64,000 nucleotides of DNA, from positions 100,730 through 164,729 of the forward strand of contig NZ_DASQBZ010000022.1 in NCBI RefSeq assembly GCF_035634955.1. Reading direction: 5' to 3'. Shown here piece by piece: positions 1 to 9,333 of this stretch. The position numbers and the translations under genes were made by a program. The stretch's first letter is position 1. Every line of letters starts with the position of its first letter. The notes under the pieces were generated by a model. It made no database searches, was not told the DNA's origin, and saw only the letters and a program-made list of their open reading frames with translations. Source of the stretch: Variovorax sp. (GTDB lineage: Bacteria; Pseudomonadota; Gammaproteobacteria; Burkholderiales; Burkholderiaceae_C).

Positions 1-1071
1 TCCGGCACCACCGACCTCACGGTGGAAGTAGTGGCGGCGCCGCGCTGGGAGTTCGCGGTCGATGCCGACAACCACGGCACCGAGGAGACCGGGCGCTACC
101 GCCTGGGCGGACTGGCGCGCTGGCTCAGCCCGTTCGGCATCGGCGACAACATCGACCTGCGGTTGATCGCCGCCGACAGCAGCGGCATGGTGTTCGGCCG
201 CGCATCGTACGAGGCGCCCATCGGCGCCAGCGGGCTGCGCGCCGGCGTCGGCATCGCGCACGTGCAGTACGAGCTGGGCGGCGACTTCGCCGACCTGGAT
301 GCGCACGGCACCGCCGACATCGTCGACGCCTCGCTCAACTACCCGGTGATCCGCTCGCGCCGGCAGAACCTATTCCTGCGCCTGGGCGCCGACATGCAGG
401 ATCTGTCGGACCACTACGACGCGGTCGACTACAACCCGAGAAAGCGCATCGCCGGGCTCGGCCTGGGCTGGGCCTGGGAGCTGCGCGACGACATCTTCGG
501 CGGCGGCTACTGGGCCAGCTCCGGCACGCTCTACCACGGCAGGCTGGACCTGCGCGACGAGCTCACGCAGACGATCGACCAGGGTCCCAACGGCCTGGGC
601 ACCGAAGGCAGCTTCGACAAGCTCACCTTCCGCGTCTCGCGGCTGCAGGCGATCCTGCCGCGCCACTCGCTGTACCTGAGCCTGGGCGGGCAGATGGCCA
701 GCGGCAACCTCGACCCGTCGCAGAAGCTGTCGCTGGGCGGCGCACGCGCGGTGCGGGCCTATCCCTCGGGCGAGCTGCTGGTCGACGAGGGGCTGCTCGG
801 CACCATCGAATGGCGCTGGTCGCTCAACGACGAGGTCACGCCGTACGTGTTCTACGACGCCGCGCGCGGCAAGGTGTCGCACGACCCGCTGCCGCTCGGG
901 CAGGACAACACCCAGAGCCTGCGCGGCGTCGGCTTCGGGCTGGCCTGGGCGCGGGCCAACAACTTCGCCTTCAACGCCACGCTGGCGTGGCGCGACGGCA
1001 CGCGCGAGGCCATCACCGACGGCGGTGGCCACGATCCGCGGCTGTTCGTGCAGTTCCAGAAATTCTTCTAG
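1..1071 (+). CDS. TpsB (ShlB/FhaC/HecB family) outer-membrane secretion protein, 5'-partial
   Basis: Frame open from base 1. Amphipathic beta-strand pattern, TpsB-type motif 'QKLSLGGARAVRAYPSGE', C-terminal Phe (FVQFQKFF). Directly upstream of a TpsA-like gene. Confidence 0.9.
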   Translation, partial: SGTTDLTVEVVAAPRWEFAVDADNHGTEETGRYRLGGLARWLSPFGIGDNIDLRLIAADSSGMVFGRASYEAPIGASGLRAGVGIAHVQYELGGDFADLDAHGTADIVDASLNYPVIRSRRQNLFLRLGADMQDLSDHYDAVDYNPRKRIAGLGLGWAWELRDDIFGGGYWASSGTLYHGRLDLRDELTQTIDQGPNGLGTEGSFDKLTFRVSRLQAILPRHSLYLSLGGQMASGNLDPSQKLSLGGARAVRAYPSGELLVDEGLLGTIEWRWSLNDEVTPYVFYDAARGKVSHDPLPLGQDNTQSLRGVGFGLAWARANNFAFNATLAWRDGTREAITDGGGHDPRLFVQFQKFF

Positions 1072-1085
1072 GGCCGGTCAACGCC

Positions 1086-4000
1086 ATGCAGCCTCAACAC
1101 GCCCGATCGAACGCCTCGCGGCCGCCGCGCGCGCGCGCCCGCCTGCCCGCGCCGGTCCTGCGGCCGACGCCGCTGGTGCTCAGCCTGATCTGCCTGGGAC
1201 TGACCCCGGCCCTGGCGCAGACGCTGCCGACCGGCCTGACGCCCACGCCGGCCGTCACCGCCGAGACCGCCGGCGCGACGATGACGGTCCGGCAGAGCAC
1301 GCAGCGCGCGATCGCGCAGTGGCAGGCGTTCTCTATCGGCGCCGGCGGCACGGTCAACGTGGTGCAGCCCGGCAGCGCCAGCGTGCTGCTCAATCGCGTG
1401 GTCGGTGGCCAGGCCTCCAACATCGCCGGCAACCTCAACGCCAACGGCCATGTCTACCTGATCAACCCGGCGGGGGTGTTGTTCGGCCCGACCTCCTCGG
1501 TCAACGTCGGCGGCCTGGTGGCGTCCACGCTCGACATCACCGACGACAACGCGTTCCTCAACGGCAGCAGCCGGCTGGTCTTCCAGCGCGCCGCCGGCAA
1601 CAACGCCGCGGTGACCAACCAGGGCGTCATCAACGTGGGCGAGGGCGGCATCGCCGCGCTGATGGGCGCGCAGGTGACCAACAGCGGCACCATCGGCGTG
1701 GCGCGCGGCAGCGCCGGGCTGGTGTCGGCGCGCACGGTCACGCTGGACTTCGAGGGCGACGGCCTGACGCGCTTCACCATCCCCGCCGATTCCCTGGACG
1801 CGCTGGCGGCGGCCACCAACACCGGCGTCGTCACGGCCGACGGCGGCCGCATCGCCATGCAGGCGGCGTCCACCGCCAAGGCGCAGGTGGTCAACCAGGC
1901 AGGCGTCCTGCGAGCGCGCACGCTGGACGCACGCAGCGGCGAGATCGTGCTCGGCGCCGGCATCGGGACCGGCATCGACAACCTCAACAGCATGCGCGTG
2001 GCCGGCACGGTCGACGCCTCGGGGGGAAGCGGCGCCGGCGGACGCATCGACATCGGCGCCGGTGCGCTGACCGTGGCTGGCGCCTCGCTGGACGCCAGCG
2101 GTGCCAGCGGCGGGCAGATCGTGACCTCCGGCCACCGCGTGACGATCGACGACCAGGTCCAGGTGAACGCCGGCGGCACGGCGGGCAACGGCCAATGGAC
2201 GGTCAATTCCGACCAGGACATCCTCGTGACCGCCACGGCGCCGGACGACGCGCCGATCTTCATGGGCGGCATCATCAACGCCGGCGCGCTGGGCCGCGCA
2301 CTCGGCCGCAATACCGACGTGACGCTCAACAGCAACGCCACGCCGACCCCGTTCGACAACAACGGCTACTCCGGCGGCTTCGGCGTGACCTTCCTCGATG
2401 CGCCCATCACCAAGGACGCCGGCGGCGACGTCACGTTCTCGGTCAACTCGAACCGCTACGTGGCGCTGCAGCAGGCGAACCTGAGCTCGACCAGCGGGGC
2501 GCTCAACGTCAACCTGAATGCCGATGCCAAGGGCGCGCTCTCGTCGGCGCCGGCGCCGGTCACATCGGTGAACACGGCCAGCGGCGGCGCCGTGCTGATG
2601 GCGCAGTCGACCATCGAGACCAACGGCGGCAGCATCCGCGCCTACGGCCAGAGCGATCCGGCCAACGGCCGCGCGCGCGGCGTCGTCCTGCCCAACGGCC
2701 AGTACCAGCCGGACGGCGTCCAGGTCGGCGACACGCTGCTGTCCACCTGCGCCGCCGGCCAGGCCGCATGCACCGGCGCGGGCGACATCAGCCTGCGCGG
2801 CGAAGGCGTCACGCTGCAGATCGAGGGCACGGAATCGATCAGCGGCAACGGCGTCGGCGTGCACGGCAGCGTGCTGCGCACCGGCAGCGGCGCCGTCACG
2901 CTGGATGGGCGCGGCGGCATCGGCGCCTCGGGCGTGCGGCTGGACAGCGCCGGGCGCCTGTACCAGGGCCGCATCGAATCGGCCAGCGGCAACGTCTCGC
3001 TGCGCGGGGACACGCGCGGCTGGACCGCGGCCGATCCGGTGGTGATGCCGCAGGTGCAGTTCGACGGCGCCAACAGCGACGGCGATGCCGGCGGCGGCGG
3101 TGGCGTGGTGGTGGCCGATGCGGTCATCGCCACCGGCGGCGACGTGCGCATCGAGGGCCAGGGCGCCGACCTCACGGCGCTGGGCGCGCAGGCGGCCTTC
3201 CGCTCGGCGCTGCTGGCCAACAGCAACTCGGCGACGATGGGCAGCTCGCACGGCGTGGCGCTGTTCGACTCGGACGTGGGTGCCGGCGCCGGGCGTCGCA
3301 TCGACATCATCGGCACGGCCGGCAGCAACGGCTTCACGGCGGTCAGGCAGGCCGGCGTGATCTCGGTCGTGCCCGACACGCGCAGCGCCTACGGGGTCAC
3401 CGTCGATGCCAGCTTCGGCCGCGGCGCCGTCACCGCCAAGGGCGGGAGCATCACACTCGACGCGAACGGCACCGACGTCAACCTGGGCTACACCGACGAC
3501 TCGGAGGGCGGCCCGATCGCCCTGCTGGACGCGTCTTCCGACACCGGCCAGGGCGGCAGCATCTCGGTGACCGGCCGCAACCTGCTGGTGACGAACGACT
3601 ACACCGAGGAGGCGACCCCCGCCTTCATCGATGCGCGCGGTGCCACCGGCGGCGGCACCGTCGCCTTGCGCGCGAGCGGCGACATGGGCATCGACCAGAA
3701 CGCGAGCATCCGGGCCGACGCCACCGGGGCCACCGGCAACGGCGGCCGCATCGAGGCGGTGGCGCAGGGCGACCTGCGCAGCCACGGCGTGTACGGCGCG
3801 CGCGCGGGCACCGGCGGCGGCAACGGCGGCTTCGTCGAGACCTCCGGGCGCAATGTGGACCTGCGCGGCATCCGGGTGGATGCCGGCGCGCCGGCGGGCA
3901 ACGCCGGCCTGTGGCTGGTCGATCCGTTCGACATCACCGTCGCGCACGGCGACGCGGCCGGCACCCTGCCGGCGCAGCCGTTCGTGCCGCTGGCCAGCTC

Positions 4001-6434
4001 GACGGTCCAGGACGGCGACATCAATGCCGCGCTCAACAGCGGCACCAACGTCACGATCACCACCGGGGCGCCGGCGGCGAACTCGTTCACCGGCTCGATC
4101 TATCTCGACCGGGGCGTGGACATCAACCTCGGCACGGCCACCAGCACCGCGCCGCTGACATTGCGGCTGGAGGCCCAGCGCGACATCCAAAGCCTTGCCC
4201 GCGACACGCAGATCCGCAGCACCGGCACGCAGCCGCTGAACGTCGAGTTCGCCGCCGGGCTCGGCCCGGACGGCGGCAGCATCGACTATGGCGGCGGCAT
4301 CCTGACCAACGGCGGCAATGTCGCGATGACGGCGCTGGGCGGCCGCTTCGACCCCTGCACGATCTGCCTGACCGCCACGACCATCGACACGCGCACCGGC
4401 GGCAGCGATGCCAATGCCGGCGGCAGCGTCAGCCTGCAGGGCGTGCAGTCCACCGCCGCCATCGGCGAAGGCGGCATCTCCACCGATGCCGTGGTGGACC
4501 TCTACGACACGAGCATCAGCAGCAGCACCGGCAACGTCGAGGTGTCCGGCCGCGCCGCGATCGGCACCGGCGTTCGCATCCTGGCCCTCGACGCCGCGGC
4601 GCCCACCGGCATCCGCACCACCAGCGGCAGCATCGCCGTCACGGGCATCGGCGCCTACAGCAGCAACAGCAGCGACGGGCCTGGCCACGGCGTCAGCATC
4701 GACGGCGCGGTGCTGCGAACGACGGACGGCAGCATCGACGTGCGCGGCCTGCGCACCGGCGGTCCCGATCCTGCGCCACCGCCGCTCGCCCCGCTGGTCG
4801 TATTGCCCGAGCCGCCGGGGAACGGACGCGGCATCGGCGTGCTCATGGCCAATGGCGCCCTGGCCACCAGCACCGGCAGCGGCCGGATCGCCGTGACCGG
4901 CGAGACGCAGGGCGACGGCGCCGGCCTGCTGCTGACCGGGGCGGCCACCGACGTGTCCGGAGCGCCCGTGCCGGCCTCCCGCATCGACGGCAACAGCCTG
5001 GTGACGCTGCGAGCGGCCAACGACGGCAGCAGCGATGCGCTGGCACTGGACGGCACCGTGCGTGCCGGCCAGGTGCTCAACCTGCGGCCCGGCGGCGTCG
5101 ACCAGGCCAGCGGTGCCGGCGTCGACCGCACCGCCAACCCGATCACCCTGGGCGGTTCGGGCGGCACCGGCTTCGACATCTCGTCCGACGAGCTGGCGCG
5201 CCTGGATGCCGGCGCGCTGGTGGTCGGCAGCAACACCCATGCGGGAAGCATCACCGTGAATGCGGCCGTCAACTCGAGCGTGCCGCTGACGCTGCAAAAC
5301 GGCGGCGGTGGCGGCATCACGCTCGGCGCCCCCGTTACGGCGCCGCAACTGGGCCTGATCAGCGGCGGCAGCATCACGCAGGCGGCGGGCGAGGCCATCA
5401 CGGCGGGCACGCTGCTGGCGCGTTCGATCAATGGCGACGTGATCCTGGCCGACCCGGCCAACAACGTCAGCGCCAGCACCCTGGGCGGCGGCGCGGCGGG
5501 CCGTTTCGAGTACGTCAACGCCGGCAGCCTGCGCGTGGGCGCCGTCTCGGTCGTCGGCTGGGACGCCGCGGGCGAAGCGCCGCTGCCGGTCACCGCCACC
5601 TCGATGGCGGCGGACACGCTTCTCGTGCGCACCCTGTCTGGCGACCTGCTGCTGGACACCGCGGTGAGCAGCGTCGGCGGCGCCGACCTGGTCGCGGCCA
5701 ACACCTTCCAGAACCCCGGCGGCGGCAGCCTGGGCGGCGCGCCATGGCGGGTGTGGGCCGACACCTGGGTCGGCGAGACGCGCGGCGGGCTGGCCGGCTC
5801 GGGCGCCTTCCCCAACTACTACAACTGCGCTTTCCTCGGCGCCTGCGGCGTCACCGTCACGCCGGCCGACAACCATTTCATCTACCGACAGCAGCCGACG
5901 GCGACGGTCACCATCGGCAGTTTCCAGCGCACGGTCGGCACCGCCAATCCGCCGTTCGGCTTCACCGTATCCGGCCTGATCCTGGGCGACACCGGCGCCG
6001 GCATCGGCGGCACGACGAGCAGCCCGGCCGACGCCGCCAGTCCGCCCGGCAGCTACCCGGTCGACGGCAGCTTCACCTCCGCCGAAGGCTATGCGATCAA
6101 CGTCGTGCCCGGCCAGCTGCGGGTGGTGGCGCTGGAAGTGGTGCCACCGCCGCCAGTGCCACCGGCAGCGCCGCCGCCGGCCCCGCGAGAGGCCCCGCGC
6201 GCCGACATCCTGCCGCGCTTCGTCGATGTGCTGCGCGAGGAGCCCACCACCTGGCTGTACGACCGCAACATCGGCATCGCGCCGATCTGCCTGGCCAGCA
6301 GCGCGCCGTTGACCGGCGACCGGGCCGTGCAGGGCAACGACGTGCTGGCGCGCCAGTGGTCGATGGTGCGCACGCGTCCCAACCTCACCAGCTGCCTGGA
6401 CACCGAGCGGACCAACAGCTGCGGCGACTTCTGA
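1086..6434 (+). CDS. TpsA filamentous haemagglutinin-like exoprotein with C-terminal MBG-like and Cys-containing domains
   Basis: ATG at 1086, 14 nt after the tpsB stop. Signal peptide (LVLSLICLGLTPALA-Q). TPS domain 'LNRVVGG..SNIAGNLNANGHVYLINPAGVLFG'. Long G/N/T/A-rich beta-helix-like repeats. Confidence 0.9.
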   Translation: MQPQHARSNASRPPRARARLPAPVLRPTPLVLSLICLGLTPALAQTLPTGLTPTPAVTAETAGATMTVRQSTQRAIAQWQAFSIGAGGTVNVVQPGSASVLLNRVVGGQASNIAGNLNANGHVYLINPAGVLFGPTSSVNVGGLVASTLDITDDNAFLNGSSRLVFQRAAGNNAAVTNQGVINVGEGGIAALMGAQVTNSGTIGVARGSAGLVSARTVTLDFEGDGLTRFTIPADSLDALAAATNTGVVTADGGRIAMQAASTAKAQVVNQAGVLRARTLDARSGEIVLGAGIGTGIDNLNSMRVAGTVDASGGSGAGGRIDIGAGALTVAGASLDASGASGGQIVTSGHRVTIDDQVQVNAGGTAGNGQWTVNSDQDILVTATAPDDAPIFMGGIINAGALGRALGRNTDVTLNSNATPTPFDNNGYSGGFGVTFLDAPITKDAGGDVTFSVNSNRYVALQQANLSSTSGALNVNLNADAKGALSSAPAPVTSVNTASGGAVLMAQSTIETNGGSIRAYGQSDPANGRARGVVLPNGQYQPDGVQVGDTLLSTCAAGQAACTGAGDISLRGEGVTLQIEGTESISGNGVGVHGSVLRTGSGAVTLDGRGGIGASGVRLDSAGRLYQGRIESASGNVSLRGDTRGWTAADPVVMPQVQFDGANSDGDAGGGGGVVVADAVIATGGDVRIEGQGADLTALGAQAAFRSALLANSNSATMGSSHGVALFDSDVGAGAGRRIDIIGTAGSNGFTAVRQAGVISVVPDTRSAYGVTVDASFGRGAVTAKGGSITLDANGTDVNLGYTDDSEGGPIALLDASSDTGQGGSISVTGRNLLVTNDYTEEATPAFIDARGATGGGTVALRASGDMGIDQNASIRADATGATGNGGRIEAVAQGDLRSHGVYGARAGTGGGNGGFVETSGRNVDLRGIRVDAGAPAGNAGLWLVDPFDITVAHGDAAGTLPAQPFVPLASSTVQDGDINAALNSGTNVTITTGAPAANSFTGSIYLDRGVDINLGTATSTAPLTLRLEAQRDIQSLARDTQIRSTGTQPLNVEFAAGLGPDGGSIDYGGGILTNGGNVAMTALGGRFDPCTICLTATTIDTRTGGSDANAGGSVSLQGVQSTAAIGEGGISTDAVVDLYDTSISSSTGNVEVSGRAAIGTGVRILALDAAAPTGIRTTSGSIAVTGIGAYSSNSSDGPGHGVSIDGAVLRTTDGSIDVRGLRTGGPDPAPPPLAPLVVLPEPPGNGRGIGVLMANGALATSTGSGRIAVTGETQGDGAGLLLTGAATDVSGAPVPASRIDGNSLVTLRAANDGSSDALALDGTVRAGQVLNLRPGGVDQASGAGVDRTANPITLGGSGGTGFDISSDELARLDAGALVVGSNTHAGSITVNAAVNSSVPLTLQNGGGGGITLGAPVTAPQLGLISGGSITQAAGEAITAGTLLARSINGDVILADPANNVSASTLGGGAAGRFEYVNAGSLRVGAVSVVGWDAAGEAPLPVTATSMAADTLLVRTLSGDLLLDTAVSSVGGADLVAANTFQNPGGGSLGGAPWRVWADTWVGETRGGLAGSGAFPNYYNCAFLGACGVTVTPADNHFIYRQQPTATVTIGSFQRTVGTANPPFGFTVSGLILGDTGAGIGGTTSSPADAASPPGSYPVDGSFTSAEGYAINVVPGQLRVVALEVVPPPPVPPAAPPPAPREAPRADILPRFVDVLREEPTTWLYDRNIGIAPICLASSAPLTGDRAVQGNDVLARQWSMVRTRPNLTSCLDTERTNSCGDF

Positions 6435-6452
6435 CGGCGCCGCGGCCCGCCT

Positions 6453-7229
6453 TCAGCAGCCCAGCGCGCGGGCGAAGTCCCCGGTGTAGACCTTGTGGCC
6501 CTGGTGGGTCAGGCGCGCCCGGGTGTCGACGTGCACCTTGCCGCCGACAGATTGCCAGCGACGGCAGAAGGCGTAGTCCTCGCTCAGGTAGCGGCCGTTG
6601 CCTGGCTCGGCCATGACGTCGAAGAACCGGTAGTGCGCGGGTTGCCGCGCCGCCGCGCGGCCGCCCAGGTCGGGCGTGTAGCGCAATTCCGGCAGGGCGT
6701 CGGCCATGCGCTCGAAGACGTGGCGCGCGATCAGCATGAAGCCGGTCGGCGCGTCCAGCACTTCCAGAAAGCCGTGCGCATCCACCTCGCCCGGCGCGTG
6801 GCGCAGCAGGTTGGCCGGAAAGCTCGCGTAGCGCGCCTCGAAATCCTCGCGCGTGCTGCCCGCGGGCAGCGGCTGGTCCAGGCCCTGCGCGGGCCAGGCA
6901 TCGTGCTTGTGCGGGTAGACGCCGGCCACCACGTCATGGCCCGACAGCAGCAGCCGCAAGGCCGCCTCGGGCTCGAAGCCGATGTCGGCGTCGATCCAGA
7001 ACAGGTGCGTCCAGCGCGGGTCGGCCATGAACTCCGCCACCATGCGGTTGCGCGCCCGCGTGACCAGGCTGTCGCCGTCGAGAAAGCGCGTGTGCATGGC
7101 AAAGCCGTGCGCATACGCCAGGCCGACCAGGCCCAGCAGGCTGCGCACGTAGCCGGTGGTCAGCGCGCCGCTGTAGCTGGGCGTGGCGATCCAGGGCCGG
7201 ATGCCGGGGAGCGCGCCGGGCTCAAGCAT
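6453..7229 (-). CDS. GT-A-fold glycosyltransferase-like protein
   Basis: 'WIATPSYSG', 'SLVTRARN', 'THLFWIDADIGF' (DxD motif), 'YLSEDYAFC'. Start overlaps the stop of the upstream kinase. Confidence 0.6.
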   Translation of the reverse strand: MLEPGALPGIRPWIATPSYSGALTTGYVRSLLGLVGLAYAHGFAMHTRFLDGDSLVTRARNRMVAEFMADPRWTHLFWIDADIGFEPEAALRLLLSGHDVVAGVYPHKHDAWPAQGLDQPLPAGSTREDFEARYASFPANLLRHAPGEVDAHGFLEVLDAPTGFMLIARHVFERMADALPELRYTPDLGGRAAARQPAHYRFFDVMAEPGNGRYLSEDYAFCRRWQSVGGKVHVDTRARLTHQGHKVYTGDFARALGC

Positions 7230-9333
7230 GGAAGGGCACGGGCACCGGCGTGGCCGACTGGCGGCGGGTGGTGAGCAGGGCGCGCAGCTTGGCCGGCGCC
7301 ACCGGCTTGGTCAGCAGGCTCGCGTCATGCGCGCGCAGGCGCTTGAGCGATTCCGGCCCGGTGGCGCCGGACACCAGTACCGCCAGCGCATCGGGCTGCA
7401 GCTTGCGCGCCGAATCGATCACGGCCAGGCCGTCGTCATGGCCGGCCAGCTGCAGGTCGCACAGCACTACGTCGAACTGCGCGTCCGGCTCGGACATGAG
7501 GGCGATGGCATCGGCCACCGTCCGGGTGCACACCGGCACGCAGGCCCATTGGCGCAGCAGCTCGTGGGTGGCGTGCAGGATGGCGTCGTCGTCGTCCACC
7601 ACCAGGCAGCGCAGGCCCGCCAGCGGCGCGCCGGCGGGCGGGGCCGCCGACGGCCTCGGCGCGGGCGCCTGCCGCGCCTGCGCCAGCGTCAGCGAGAAGG
7701 TGCTGCCTTCGAGCAGTGCCGAGCGCAGCTCGATGCGCGAGCCCATCAGCGCCGCCAGCCGCGCGCAGATGGCCAGGCCCAGGCCGAAGCCCTGGCGCCG
7801 GTCGCGCTCGGTGTTGGCCACCTGGTAGAACTCCTCGAAGATGCGCTGCTGGTGGATCGGCGCGATGCCGATGCCGTTGTCGCGCACCTCGATGCGGGTC
7901 GTGCCCGGCCGCGTCCCGCGCCGTGCCGCCACCAGCACCGTGCCTTCGGGCGGGGCGTGGCGGATGGCGTTGCCGATCAGGTTGCCGACGATGCGCAGCA
8001 GCATCGCCGCGTCGCTGTGCACCAGCCGGCCCTGCGGCTTGAACACCATGCGCACCTGCGACTGCGCCGCCTGCGCGGCGTGCTGGGCGGCCAGCTGCTC
8101 GAACAGCGTATCCAGCGCCACCGGCGCCATCTTCGGCGTGAGCACCTGCGCGTCCAGCCGCGAGATCTCCAGCAGGTCGTCCAGCAGCAGCGTCATGAAC
8201 TGCGTGCCTTCCTGCAGGCGCAGTACGGCCGGGCGTTGCGCATCGCTGGCGCCGGGCAGCAGGCCGTCGATGAACAGGCCCATGGCATGCAGCGGCTGGC
8301 GCAGGTCGTGGCTGGCGGCCGCCAGGAAGCGGGCCCGCGACAGCGCGGCCTGCTCGGCCTCGGCCATGCGCTGCAGTGCGACCGACGTGGCCTCGCGCAC
8401 GCGCTCCTCGCTGACCTGGTGGTTGTGGGCCAGGCGTTCGGCCAGCCGGTTGACATCGTGCGCCAGGCTGGCGAGCTCGTGCGGGCGCGCGGCCTCCGCG
8501 GCGCCGCGCGCGGGCGCGGCCTCCACGTCGCAGCGCGTGTCGAAATGGCCGCCCTCGAGCGCGGCCACTGTCTGCGAGATGCGGCGCAGCGGACGGGTCA
8601 CGCTGCGCGCCATGTGACGCACCGAGGCCCAGGCCACCAGCAGCGCGATCAGCGCGATGCCGACGCCGGCCAGCAGCGAGCGATAGCGCTCGCGGCTGTA
8701 GGCGGTGGTGTCGCGAAACGCCTGCACCAGCCCGATCGGCGCCGCGCCGGGGCCCGGGGGGGCGGCGGCGGTGGCGCCGGGCGCCGGCGGGCCGAACGGG
8801 CTGGCGCCGGGCGATTCGCGCAGCCGCACCGGCGCCGTGTACACGCGCAGCTTCTCCAGGTTGCCGACGGCCGGGCCGGCACTGACGAACAGCCCGGCGT
8901 TGTTGCTGATCTCGACACGCGTCGCCTGGCCGCCGCGCAGCGCCGAGTTGGCCACGGCCTGCACGGCGGCCTGGTCGCCGGCGTACAGGCTCAGGTCGGT
9001 CAGCGCCGCCACCTGTCGCGCGATCGCCTGCCCCTCGGCGTCGAAAGAATGCTCCAGCGCCTCCAGCCGCGCATGCGTGAACCACGCGGTGAGCGCCAGC
9101 GCCGCCGCGGCGCAGGGCATCAGGCCCAGGCGCAGCAGGTCGCGCCGGAGATTGCCGCTCATGACGATCGCGTGCGGGCCCGGGCCGGAGCCCCGTGCGA
9201 AGGCGGCCGGCACGAAGGCCGAGCCGGGCGGGTCGTCGGCCGCCCCCGCCTCGGCCGGCGCCGGCGTGGTGCGACGCCGGTCGGCATCCCGCGGGGGTGG
9301 GGTGGCGGCCATGGCGGGCACGGCCGGGCTCAT
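7222..9333 (-). CDS. Hybrid sensor histidine kinase 1 (2 TM, HAMP, HisKA, HATPase, REC)
   Basis: H-box 'SHDLRQPLHA', N-box 'NLIGNAIRH', G-boxes 'DNGIGI' and 'GFGLGL', receiver 'LVVDDD..VLCDLQL..LTKPV'. Start uncertain: ATG at 9333, 9312 or 9162. Confidence 0.9.
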   Translation of the reverse strand: MSPAVPAMAATPPPRDADRRRTTPAPAEAGAADDPPGSAFVPAAFARGSGPGPHAIVMSGNLRRDLLRLGLMPCAAAALALTAWFTHARLEALEHSFDAEGQAIARQVAALTDLSLYAGDQAAVQAVANSALRGGQATRVEISNNAGLFVSAGPAVGNLEKLRVYTAPVRLRESPGASPFGPPAPGATAAAPPGPGAAPIGLVQAFRDTTAYSRERYRSLLAGVGIALIALLVAWASVRHMARSVTRPLRRISQTVAALEGGHFDTRCDVEAAPARGAAEAARPHELASLAHDVNRLAERLAHNHQVSEERVREATSVALQRMAEAEQAALSRARFLAAASHDLRQPLHAMGLFIDGLLPGASDAQRPAVLRLQEGTQFMTLLLDDLLEISRLDAQVLTPKMAPVALDTLFEQLAAQHAAQAAQSQVRMVFKPQGRLVHSDAAMLLRIVGNLIGNAIRHAPPEGTVLVAARRGTRPGTTRIEVRDNGIGIAPIHQQRIFEEFYQVANTERDRRQGFGLGLAICARLAALMGSRIELRSALLEGSTFSLTLAQARQAPAPRPSAAPPAGAPLAGLRCLVVDDDDAILHATHELLRQWACVPVCTRTVADAIALMSEPDAQFDVVLCDLQLAGHDDGLAVIDSARKLQPDALAVLVSGATGPESLKRLRAHDASLLTKPVAPAKLRALLTTRRQSATPVPVPFHA

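Noticed and set aside
1086-6434. TpsA as a CdiA contact-dependent toxin
   Set aside because: No VENN/DUF637 pretoxin motif, no toxin-like C-terminus and no same-strand immunity gene.
1025-6616. Very long alternative-frame and antisense ORFs over tpsA (1025-6616, 1068-5876)
   Set aside because: Shadow ORFs caused by high GC3 and scarce stop codons. Their translations are R/A/G/P-rich with no motifs.
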